A stretch of 63,892 nucleotides of DNA, filler included, from Octopus bimaculoides (Eukaryota), in NCBI RefSeq assembly GCF_001194135.2. It is 5 parts of 5 records of this genome, joined end to end, with 100 filler letters (N's around TTAATTAATTAA, not from the genome) between each part and the next. Parts side by side here need not be neighbours in the genome. Positions count along the whole stretch, not along the records: positions 1 to 29,986 come from NC_068983.1; positions 30,087 to 48,830 come from NC_068994.1; 3 more parts are not named here. One strand, 5' to 3'. The translations under genes were made by a program, and so were the position numbers. The stretch's first letter is position 1; each line of letters starts with the position of its first letter. This document shows, one piece after another, positions 27,711 to 38,414 of the stretch. The notes below the pieces were generated by a model, which worked only from the letters and a program-made list of their open reading frames with translations, was not told where the DNA came from and searched no databases.

Positions 27711-28949
27711 GACACACTGGCGCAAACTAATTCATGTATACAGCGAAAGATAGAGCACACTCCCTACACGAAAGAAAACGAAAATCATTATCTGCACGCT
27801 CATAAACACAAAGAACTAAAAATTAATGATTCGCACACATCAATACAAACAAGAAAAAAAAAACCACACGATTACTTCATCACATCTACAAATCGCATAA
27901 TAGCATGCATAAATATTATAATAATATCACAAAACAAATACGATATTGGAAAAAATTCCCTGAGGGTGCAAGACATCTGTCGACGGATATTGACAAAATA
28001 CTATACAAAGAAATAATTGTAGAAACACTTACAAGAAGAAGGAGCGATGCCTGACTCCAGTCCACATTAATAAGTATTTTGAAAGTGTTCCTGCATTAAC
28101 AAAGATGCAAGAGATTCGTATGAGCATATTGCCACGACATCTATTGCGATTGTCTCAGAGAACACATTGTCTGAGTATATACGCTGGTTATTTTGTATTT
28201 TTACATGTCTAATGTAGCATGTGCAATATACAAGTAGTCTCTACTTGTGCTATTTTGTGTACCAATTGTATTCTTTTATTTGTTTTTACTTGTTTCAGTA
28301 ATTAGACTCTGACCATACCAGGGCACCGCCTTGAATGTTTAACCGAACGAATCGATCCCAGTATGTAAGTTTTGATTCGTGTATGTTTTTGTTTTTAATA
28401 TATATTTATTTGCAAATCTTCTGTCCAAAGAAAAGTGATTCCGATTTCAAGCTTCAAATTGTTATTATATCTGAATCAGGATCATTTTATTATTGTTTAG
28501 CTGTTATATTTCTTTTGATGATACTGATGTATTTTCCATTAGTGAACTTGCTTTTGCTGCTTGACTTAATCTGCATGTTTATTTGAATTGTAATATCTGA
28601 GATTATATTCTAGTAACATTCCCATCCAGTAAAATACAATTTTGGCACAAGTTTCTAACACATCCTTATGTGAGTATCACATAATGGAACCCTTTCCGGC
28701 TAAGAAGCCTCAACAATTTTCTACAATTTTCTACAATTTTCTACAATTTTCTATATATTTTTCCATTTGGTTGAACTTGAGTGTCTAGACATTGAAGAAC
28801 GTCTATGTATGCTGCTTCAATGTTTCTTGTAGTTTTACATTTCTAGTGGGTTATCATCGGCCTTGAAACTTCAGATAAGTTTTACCTCAGCCACTTTTAC
28901 TCACTGCAAACTTAGCCAGCACAAGAAATATTATGTCATTATCTAGTCA

Positions 28950-29600
28950 ACACTTGAATTTGATATTTTGGAATATAATTTTTTAGCATAGCATATTTCA
29001 ATAGTTTTATTTGTCTTATTTCAAATCTCTTCAGAAATGTACGTTATCTCCCATCGTTTTTCTTCTATTTGTTAACTTCCCTAAAGAGTGGAAAATATAT
29101 TTGGTTGCTGAATTAACGTTATATATTCATCTTAGAATCTATTGATCTGTTAATCGACATTTTTCAGACTTACGTTAGATAATTTATAATAATTTGTTAG
29201 CTACATATGTTCCTGTATTCCTGATAAATATAATATTTATGTGTGCTTTTCAGTTGTGTGTTATATATGCAGCCATTATTTTTCTTGTTTTCCTGTCTAG
29301 TCTTGCTTATTTACTTATTTTCTTATTTTCTATTTGAGAATACTATAACCATTATTTATTACTGGAACATATAGTGTATGGATACCGATAATCATACTTA
29401 TAACATTTAGATCTGTTTTCTGTATTAATCTAATGCGTCTATAATATTCCTACTAGAATTGTTATTATACTTATTTATTGGACTCTGTCTAGGTCATTGA
29501 TTTTTCAGTATTCCTCAGTTCGTGTCTGGCTTAACATTTCGAGCTATTAATCTATAATAAATTCAGTTTGTCTGTGTAAAAAACGGTCTACTACCTATAA
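28950..29600 (-). mobile_element. Old R4/Dong-like retrotransposon relic
   Basis: EYYRRIRLIQKTDLN...IIGIHTLYVPV and LDRKTRKIM resemble the post-RT region of the younger copies in the window. Confidence 0.65.
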
Positions 29601-29837
29601 GGGCAAATTGTCACGTGGTATTTTTTCCGAATACCTCAGTTCTCAGTTCAAATATAACCTACATGAACTCTTAGATTTTTTTCCTTTGCGGGTCAGTGGA
29701 ATCGCGAAATGAACTCTATCGGTGGCAATCCGTCGTCCTACTATACGATACGTGTCGATTTGCAGTCACCTTTGCAAGTTAGATGTTTTCTTTGCCAATT
29801 TATTTTCGGCGCATATTATCAATATTTATTATCAAGC

Positions 29838-29914
<77 letters not shown>

Positions 29915-29925
29915 CATTATTATTA

Positions 29926-29972
<47 letters not shown>

Positions 29973-29986
29973 TAGTTTTATTTTTA
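29838..29986 (-). repeat. (TTA)n array abutting an R4-like 3' end (ttcagtagttttattttta)
   Basis: Same terminal motif as at 46461, 47189 and 52801. Confidence 0.75.
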
Positions 29987-30087
29987 NNNNNNNNNNNNNN
30001 NNNNNNNNNNNNNNNNNNNNNNNNNNNNNNTTAATTAATTAANNNNNNNNNNNNNNNNNNNNNNNNNNNNNNNNNNNNNNNNNNNNA

Positions 30088-30175
30088 ATTTGAACTCAGA
30101 ATTGCAGCGACGGGCGAAATACCGCTAAGAAATGTGTCCAGCATGCTAACGATTCTGTCAGCTCGCCGCATTTAT
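30088..30175 (-). mobile_element. SINE family 1, 5' part
   Basis: aatttgaactcagaa...gctaacgattctgtcagctcgccgc. Confidence 0.8.
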
Positions 30176-30209
30176 AATAACAACAACAACAACAACAATA
30201 ATTATAATG

Positions 30210-30270
<61 letters not shown>

Positions 30271-31834
30271 GGAAGAGGAGAAGGGTGTGAAGGTTGGAGG
30301 ATGTCTATTATTTGCAATAAGGACCCAAATCATTGAGGACAATATGAAGGACAAAAAACATCTCAAACAAAACAGTGGAGTTTACATCGACAAAAACAAA
30401 GGAAATCAATAACAATACATATATAAGAAAAGAAAAATATAATAAATGACATAAAATTACAACAAAATTTTTAACAAGGAAAACAACATATCATCACGTA
30501 GTGTAATTCCGGGGAAACCTCACACAAAATCATCCCGATTCCTGTGCCATCTCCAAACCATCAAAAGTTCCCCATCTCAGTTTCTAGCTACTCTCTCAAG
30601 CATACAATCTCAGCGACGCTCACACAAACGCAGACTCACACACCGCGAGACTGATTCCACAGACACTCGTGCCTATACATCGCGTAGCGAAGACGAGGAG
30701 GAAGCACAAAAACCAAAAATACTCAAAAGACAACGCTAAAGAAAAGTACCTGGCTCAACACCAACAATAGAATGTTCCAGAGCAAAAGCAACAGACATAT
30801 CTAAAACAACACCAGCCCCACCGGTCACACCAACACTATCGCAACTCCACATCACCCCAAAAAGAAAGCGCGCGCACGCACACGCACACAACAGTCAACA
30901 ACAGAGACTCAATTTTGTGTTGATGAGGAGAGCCAACAAAAATTCGATGAGCCTCATAACCGGAAATAAGGAAATTGAGAAAGAGGGTGCAATACATGAC
31001 ACCAGCAGACTAAGGATTCCGGAAAGTTTGATGCTGGTCCGGATGTCACTAAAGACCTACACAGACGTTAGGGAGGCTTACCCCAATGACGTAGGAAATC
31101 CTAATGTCAAGGTCACGAAGAGACTCTTGCAGGGTTTCTCAGAGGAACCACAACCAGATCTGGAGCCCGGCTCACAGGGCCTCCAACNNNNNNNNNNNNN
31201 NNNNNNNNNNNNNNNNNNNNNNNNNNNNNNNNNNNNNNNNNNNNNNNNNNNNNNNNNNNNNNNNNNNNNNNNNNNNNNNNNNNNNNNNNNNNNNNNNNNN
31301 NNNNNNNNNNNNNNNNNNNNNNNNNNNNNNNNNNNNNNNNNNNNNNNNNNNNNNNNNNNNNNNNNNNNNNNNNNNNNNNNNNNNNNNNNNNNNNNNNNNN
31401 NNNNNNNNNNNNNNNNNNNNNNNNNNNNNNNNNNNNNNNNNNNNNNNNNNNNNNNNNNNNNNNNNNNNNNNNNNNNNNNNNNNNNNNNNNNNNNNNNNNN
31501 NNNNNNNNNNNNNNNNNNNNNNNNNNNNNNNNNNNNNNNNNNNNNNNNNNNNNNNNNNNNNNNNNNNNNNNNNNNNNNNNNNNNNNNNNNNNNNNNNNNN
31601 NNNNNNNNNNNNNNNNNNNNNNNNNNNNNNNNNNNNNNNNNNNNNNNNNNNNNNNNNNNNNNNNNNNNNNNNNNNNNNNNNNNNNNNNNNNNNNNNNNNN
31701 NNNNNNNNNNNNNNNNNNNNNNNNNNNNNNNNNNNNNNNNNNNNNNNNNNNNNNNNNNNNNNNNNNNNNNNNNNNNNNNNNNNNNNNNNNNNNNNNNNNN
31801 NNNNNNNNNNNNNNNNNNNNNNNNNNNNNNNNNN

Positions 31835-32736
31835 ATGATTAGCAGCAAAGGTGGTACTTTCAGACAAGTCAGTGTGTCCGCTCCAACCGGGGCAGGGCAG
31901 CAAGATTTCTTCAGACCTTTGAAGGCTTTCCTTGGAATATCTAACTCTTTAGTTTTAGAGGGCGACTGGAACTCCATATTGGATGCACGCCTGGATAGGG
32001 TGGGGCTAGCCGATAGGAGAGGAATGGAGGAGGATTTCACCTCCTACCTCGATGGCATGCCGCGCCTTTCGGCCAGGGATGCGGAGTTCTGCGAAATGCT
32101 TATAACAGCCGAAGAAAGCGATGATGAGCTGCACAAGGGAGAAGTCTCAGGTACTGGATGGTCTGCCTTTCAGTGATCTCTTGGCGGATGTATATCACAA
32201 CTGGCATCAGAACGGGAGAATACCCAGTGCTGTAAGCCGTGGCACGATGGTGCTGCTAAGAAAGGACACGAACAAGTGGAACCAAATAGATAATTTTAGG
32301 CCCATAACTCTCCTAAACGCAGATTATAAGATTTTGGCCAAGGAGTTAGTCAAGATGTTGGAGCTTGTCTTCGGTAAGCTGGTCGGTAACGCACAGGTAT
32401 GCGTTATTCCGAACAGATCTATCCTCGACAACCTCCACCTCACGCACTACATCATAGAGAGGGTAGGGAAGGAATCTGGCATAGATGAGGTCGTATCAGT
32501 TAGAATCAATCAATACTTGGAGACTGCCCTCGCGGCGGCCGGCTTCGGTCCCGTTTTCAAAGCTGGATCGCTGCAATGTACAGCGGCATCTGTTCGGTGG
32601 TCAAAGTAAACGACCATTTATCGGATTTGTTTAGCATCGCTCGCTCGCTCGGTCGGTCCGTCAAAGAAGCCCACTCTTTCCCATTCTGTACTTGCTGGTT
32701 CTCGAGCCATTACTGAGGAATTTGGATATTTCGAGG
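31835..32736 (+). mobile_element. L1/Tx1-like non-LTR retrotransposon ORF2 fragment (APE endonuclease end plus RT)
   Basis: VLEGDWNSILD (APE), KSQVLDGLP, NFRPITLLNADYKILAK, SILDNL, and VRQRSPLFPILYLLVLEPLL. Confidence 0.88.
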
Positions 32737-33721
32737 NNNNNNNNNNNNNNNNNNNNNNNNNNNNNNNNNNNNNNNNNNNNNNNNNNNNNNNNNNNNNNNN
32801 NNNNNNNNNNNNNNNNNNNNNNNNNNNNNNNNNNNNNNNNNNNNNNNNNNNNNNNNNNNNNNNNNNNNNNNNNNNNNNNNNNNNNNNNNNNNNNNNNNNN
32901 NNNNNNNNNNNNNNNNNNNNNNNNNNNNNNNNNNNNNNNNNNNNNNNNNNNNNNNNNNNNNNNNNNNNNNNNNNNNNNNNNNNNNNNNNNNNNNNNNNNN
33001 NNNNNNNNNNNNNNNNNNNNNNNNNNNNNNNNNNNNNNNNNNNNNNNNNNNNNNNNNNNNNNNNNNNNNNNNNNNNNNNNNNNNNNNNNNNNNNNNNNNN
33101 NNNNNNNNNNNNNNNNNNNNNNNNNNNNNNNNNNNNNNNNNNNNNNNNNNNNNNNNNNNNNNNNNNNNNNNNNNNNNNNNNNNNNNNNNNNNNNNNNNNN
33201 NNNNNNNNNNNNNNNNNNNNNNNNNNNNNNNNNNNNNNNNNNNNNNNNNNNNNNNNNNNNNNNNNNNNNNNNNNNNNNNNNNNNNNNNNNNNNNNNNNNN
33301 NNNNNNNNNNNNNNNNNNNNNNNNNNNNNNNNNNNNNNNNNNNNNNNNNNNNNNNNNNNNNNNNNNNNNNNNNNNNNNNNNNNNNNNNNNNNNNNNNNNN
33401 NNNNNNNNNNNNNNNNNNNNNNNNNNNNNNNNNNNNNNNNNNNNNNNNNNNNNNNNNNNNNNNNNNNNNNNNNNNNNNNNNNNNNNNNNNNNNNNNNNNN
33501 NNNNNNNNNNNNNNNNNNNNNNNNNNNNNNNNNNNNNNNNNNNNNNNNNNNNNNNNNNNNNNNNNNNNNNNNNNNNNNNNNNNNNNNNNNNNNNNNNNNN
33601 NNNNNNNNNNNNNNNNNNNNNNNNNNNNNNNNNNNNNNNNNNNNNNNNNNNNNNNNNNNNNNNNNNNNNNNNNNNNNNNNNNNNNNNNNNNNNNNNNNNN
33701 NNNNNNNNNNNNNNNNNNNNN

Positions 33722-33915
33722 AAATGCTTAGCAGTATTTCGTCTGCCGTTACGTTCTGAGTTCAAATTCCGCCGAGGACGACTTTGCCTTTCATCCTTTG
33801 GGGGTCGATTAAATAAGTACCAGTTACGCACTGGAGTCGATGTAATCGACTTAATCCATTTGTCTCTCCTTGTTTGTCCCCTCTATGTTTAGCCCCTTGT
33901 GGGCAATAAAGAAAT
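33722..33915 (+). mobile_element. SINE family 1
   Basis: Well-preserved body and tail followed by (ATT)n and (AGT)n. Confidence 0.9.
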
Positions 33916-33925
33916 AATAATAATA

Positions 33926-33969
<44 letters not shown>

Positions 33970-33987
33970 CATTATTATTATTATTAT

Positions 33988-34041
<54 letters not shown>

Positions 34042-34042
<1 letters not shown>

Positions 34043-35760
34043 CAAGACTAACAGGCGAAAAGAACAGAAAAAAGAACACGACAGAAAAAGAGGAAAAAAA
34101 AAGAGATAAATTGGGTATAGCTGATCAGGTATGGATAAATGGAGACCACCTTCTCCTGTGGGATGAAGTTAAAATAATAGACAGAGAACACCACTGGAAA
34201 ATACGAAAAACTGAAAGAAGCAGCACATATGCACTCTGGTTACGGTTCATTGATGACGTATTTTTTGTCTGGGAAGGATCACAGGATAGTTTAATGGACT
34301 TCTTGCATTTCTGTGACTGTTATGCTAGAAACTATGGCATTAAGTCTAACATAAAATTTACGTCTAGTTTTTCAAAAACTGGCGTTAAATGTTTGGACAC
34401 AAAAGTCAAGTTTTCTGGAGGCAGAATAGTGACAGAGTTATTTTGCAAGCCCACGTCATCACACATATATCTCCACCGCCGCTCCGATCATCCGCATCAT
34501 CCTATTCAGTCAAATCCGAAATCCCAATTTTTGAAGATAAAGCAGATTTGTACTGACATAGGGATTACTGGAAATATGCAAATGTTTTTGTATGTCATTA
34601 TGTCAAACGCGGTTACAGTGAATCACGATTAAAGGAAATAGCAAATGAAATAGTTAAGCTTACCAAAGATAGTCAAACGTACACGCATAATTTTAGCAAA
34701 CACAATACAATACATGACAGAATTCCTTTAGTGATTAACTGGCACCGACGTTTCGCTGGCATTTCAAAAGTGTTGCATGAAAGTTACCAGCATGTGGCGA
34801 AAAAATATCCTCGTTTCAAACAGATATTTCCTCAGCCGCCTATTGTAGCCTTTAGACGAAATAAGAATATAAGAGAATTATTGACCTCTATATCTGGCTC
34901 CTAGAAAACGAATATTGGAGTATCTGCACGCTGTACCTTAAAGAACAGCCGCAAGTGAGCTAAGCTCTGTTCATTGTGCAACAACATGAGTGAAGTGAAT
35001 TCCATCAGAAANNNNNNNNNNTACCTTAAAGAACAGCCGCAAGTGAGCTAAGCTCTGTTCATTGTGCAACAACATGAGTGAAGTGAATTCCATCAGAAAT
35101 CATAACAGAAATGTTATGATTTCTACAGAATGTGGAACATGTAAATATTCTCATTTGGTGTACGCTGCAGAATGCACGAAACACAACTTAATTTATGTTG
35201 GTTGTACAACAGAACAATTAAACAAAAGGTTTAATGGGCACAGATTCGACGACAGGCACAATAGCATTAGTTCGACAGAACTTGTTGAACATTTCATTTC
35301 AAGCGGCTGCAATTTTGAAGAAGACTTGAAAGTGCATATTCTCAGAAAATATTCTGAATCTGCTTCACTTTCACTTCTCAGAATGTATGAGAAATATGTT
35401 TGCGTGTTATTAACATCACGCCCTGGAGGAATGAATAAGATGACAGGAGAATATCATCAAATTTATACAAAACTGTTTGATTAAATATTCTTCTTTCTCT
35501 CTTTTTCTTTCCTTTTCTTTCTGTCATCTTTTTTCTAATTTTTTCTGTTTGATTAAATATTCTTTCTTTTTTTTTCTTCGTCTCCTTTTTTCTGTTCTTT
35601 TCGGCTGTTATAAAATTGTAACTTAAAAACTGATGATGTCATTCCATCAACATGTGGACGCTGGTTGCTCTCGTTCATACTTCACGTTTAAATTTCGAAT
35701 TTTTTCCACTTCTTATTTTGAACTTGACAAAGACAGACGTACTGTTGAAATATCGTTGAA
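34042..35760 (+). mobile_element. Penelope-like element A (RT plus GIY-YIG) with an inverted 5' copy of its 3' repeat
   Basis: LWLRFIDDVFFVW, KPTSSHIYLHRRSDHP, LVYAAECTKHNLIYVGCTTEQLNKRFNGH. 34042-34075 is a close reverse complement of about 35585-35610. Confidence 0.9.
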
Positions 35761-35843
35761 CCAATAAAATATCTTACAATCGAATCACACTTTTCGCCTT
35801 GACTGTTTATCTTTGTGAAGAGTTACATCAATCCTTTTAAAAA

Positions 35844-36460
35844 TATTATTATTCAGGTCTCTGCCTGAAATCGAACTCTTGAGGTTAGTAGCCCGCGCTC
35901 TTAACCACTATGCCATATGCCTGTGGGAAATTGTGGAGTGAATTTTAGGAATATAATATTTTTCTATCCTTCCTTAATATCGGTTCCCATATGCTATTCA
36001 TATCTGCACTCGGTCTGCTCAGGAGGTTGTTGTGTTCTAATATATGTGCTGCTTCTTTTAGTTTTCGTATTTTCCAGTGGTGTTCTCTGTCTATTATTTT
36101 AACTTCATCCCACAGGAAGAGGTGGTCTCCATTTTTCCATACATGATCAGCTATACCCGATTTATCAATATCTCCTCGTGTCACAGCTTTGCGATGTTCC
36201 TCTACACTTATTTTGAGGAGGCGACATGGTTCACCTTTGTATAACCTACCACAGCTGCGTGGGATGGAGTACACGCAGTTTTTGGTCATATTCACTTCTA
36301 TTGGTGGTTTTACCCGAAGGAGATATTTGCGAAGTGCTGTATTACTCTTGAACACTGTCCTGATGTCATATGGGATGCATATCTTTTGTATCTTTTCGGA
36401 GAAGCCTTTCACATGGAATAGTACTCGGAATCTTGGGGTTAGTAGCCCGCGCTCTTAACA
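35844..36460 (-). mobile_element. Penelope-like element B, 3' fragment (GIY-YIG) bounded by tRNA-like direct repeats
   Basis: ORF 35945..36412 (CVYSIPRSCGRLYKGE...SGIADHVW...RKLKEAAHI); ggttagtagcccgcgctcttaac at 35883-35905 and 36437-36459. Confidence 0.88.
35854..35921 (-). ncRNA. tRNA-like Pol III head (A box TGGCATAGTGG, B box GTTCGATT)
   Basis: The minus strand reads ggcatatggcatagtggttaagagcgcgggctactaacctcaagagttcgatttcaggcagagacctg. It is repeat-derived, not a functional tRNA gene. Confidence 0.7.
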
Positions 36461-36553
36461 CTGTCAGTTTATTGGTTTCATCCTCTCTTTTCTTCATAAT
36501 ATTATCTACTTCAATTATGAAGAAAAGAGAGGATGAAACCAATAAACTGACAG
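36461..36553. repeat. Perfect 40-bp inverted repeat with a 13-nt spacer
   Basis: 36461-36500 is the exact reverse complement of 36514-36553; it ends at a gap. Confidence 0.9.
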
Positions 36554-36916
36554 NNNNNNNNNNNNNNNNNNNNNNNNNNNNNNNNNNNNNNNNNNNNNNN
36601 NNNNNNNNNNNNNNNNNNNNNNNNNNNNNNNNNNNNNNNNNNNNNNNNNNNNNNNNNNNNNNNNNNNNNNNNNNNNNNNNNNNNNNNNNNNNNNNNNNNN
36701 NNNNNNNNNNNNNNNNNNNNNNNNNNNNNNNNNNNNNNNNNNNNNNNNNNNNNNNNNNNNNNNNNNNNNNNNNNNNNNNNNNNNNNNNNNNNNNNNNNNN
36801 NNNNNNNNNNNNNNNNNNNNNNNNNNNNNNNNNNNNNNNNNNNNNNNNNNNNNNNNNNNNNNNNNNNNNNNNNNNNNNNNNNNNNNNNNNNNNNNNNNNN
36901 NNNNNNNNNNNNNNNN

Positions 36917-36917
<1 letters not shown>

Positions 36918-36972
<55 letters not shown>

Positions 36973-37145
36973 TTAACAACATCGAAAAATAGGAAGGAGA
37001 ACCCAGGTTCGAAATTTCCCCCAAGACACCTGATGAAGGCAGAAAGGTATATCAGCCGAAACTGATAACAACAAACAAGATGAGGACAAATATCCGTCAA
37101 ATGTAAATAATGTACATAATTCCTTATCTCTTAAATATAGAACTA
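36918..37145 (+). mobile_element. (AAT)n plus hammerhead-containing Penelope terminal module (ribozyme damaged at the cleavage site)
   Basis: gacac-ctgatga-aggcag...cagcc-gaaac at 37025-37062, same tail as 48931-49217. Confidence 0.75.
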
Positions 37146-38045
37146 TATTTTTTGTTGCTCCATTTCTTCTTCCAGAACTCTTCCATTTCCTCAGTCTTAG
37201 GTGGCTCCTTTACATCTATCTTACTTTTGCCAATTTCGCAATAAAATTTCTTTGCATCCGTCTTGAATACTCTGTTTTGTCGATAAAATTTGATTCTTTT
37301 ATCATACCTTCTAAGCCATTCAGCTTTCAGCTGTATTCGCTGTTTCAATGGTTTCTTGGTTGCAGGGAGGTTTATAAAATCTTCGATTTTATAGTTTTGC
37401 TTGATTTTTCTACTCTGTTTCGTCTTAGCATTTACTCTTCAAGTTCAACGAGAACTGATACATTCTCCTGCAGAGACTCAATCTCTTTTTGTATAGTTAC
37501 GTCCCACTTAGGAAGTTTATTGACATGGTTGGTCCATTTCCGTGTCGTCTTGATACCTAGTTAAGCAGTTACAACTTTAGCAGTAGAATAGATGTGGTTA
37601 TTTAAGGTTATAAGGTAATTCCCCATATTTCTTAAGAACAACATTATATATCATAATTATACTGTTACTTTTTTGGACTGTTTGAGAACTTTGGTAACAG
37701 TTCTTTATTGATCATGTCAGCAAAGTCAGTCTTGCTGACTTCATTTATAATATCTTCTTTCACTTTTTTCCTAATATGGTTAATCCAGCGTCAGTTAACA
37801 TTTTATTCCTAATGATGTCTCTACGTACATTACTTAATGTATTTCCATGTATATATCTACGTACTTCACTGCCTACTAAATTTCTCCATGAAATGTGTTT
37901 CTATAATGAGGTTATTGTTTGGGTTAACTTGGTCTGTATAGAAAGCTTTCAAAACATTTCTATAATCCTCTCTAGTCCATTTTATGCGTTTTGCTTTAGC
38001 TGGTGTTTTTGGTGACGTCACTACATGTCAAGGGTTAGGGTTATC
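37146..38045 (-). mobile_element. R4/Dong-like element, N-terminal ORF portion
   Basis: KWTREDY motif and LRRYDKRIKFYRQNRVFKTDAKKFY...EEFW pre-RT region. Confidence 0.75.
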
Positions 38046-38335
38046 CTGATTCTGATTACCTAGTAGGTGTTCTTTTTTTTNNNNNNNNNNNNNNNNNNNN
38101 NNNNNNNNNNNNNNNNNNNNNNNNNNNNNNNNNNNNNNNNNNNNNNNNNNNNNNNNNNNNNNNNNNNNNNNNNNNNNNNNNNNNNNNNNNNNNNNNNNNN
38201 NNNNNNNNNNNNNNNNNNNNNNNNNNNNNNNNNNNNNNNNNNNNNNNNNNNNNNNNNNNNNNNNNNNNNNNNNNNNNNNNNNNNNNNNNNNNNNNNNNNN
38301 NNNNNNNNNNNNNNNNNNNNNNNNNNNNNNNNNNN

Positions 38336-38382
<47 letters not shown>

Positions 38383-38414
38383 TGTGTATGTGTGTGTGAG
38401 TGTGTGTCTCCGAC

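Noticed and set aside
28715-28755. Short tandem arrays (10-bp x4 here, 12-bp x3 at 7112, 20-bp x3 at 43267) as possible CRISPR-like repeats
   Set aside because: No spacers; simple slippage duplications in a eukaryotic genome.
30031-30042. TTAATTAATTAA islands inside N runs (also 48875-48886, 52745-52756, 56747-56758)
   Set aside because: An identical 12-mer with stops in all six frames, always flanked by N; this is an artificial scaffolding spacer.
34933-35097. About 78-bp tandem duplication either side of a 9-N gap in Penelope A
   Set aside because: Typical unmerged contig overlap.
35854-35921. Possible tRNA genes (here and at the SINE heads 49258, 57007, 62856)
   Set aside because: Acceptor and anticodon stems do not pair properly, and each continues into a repeat body.
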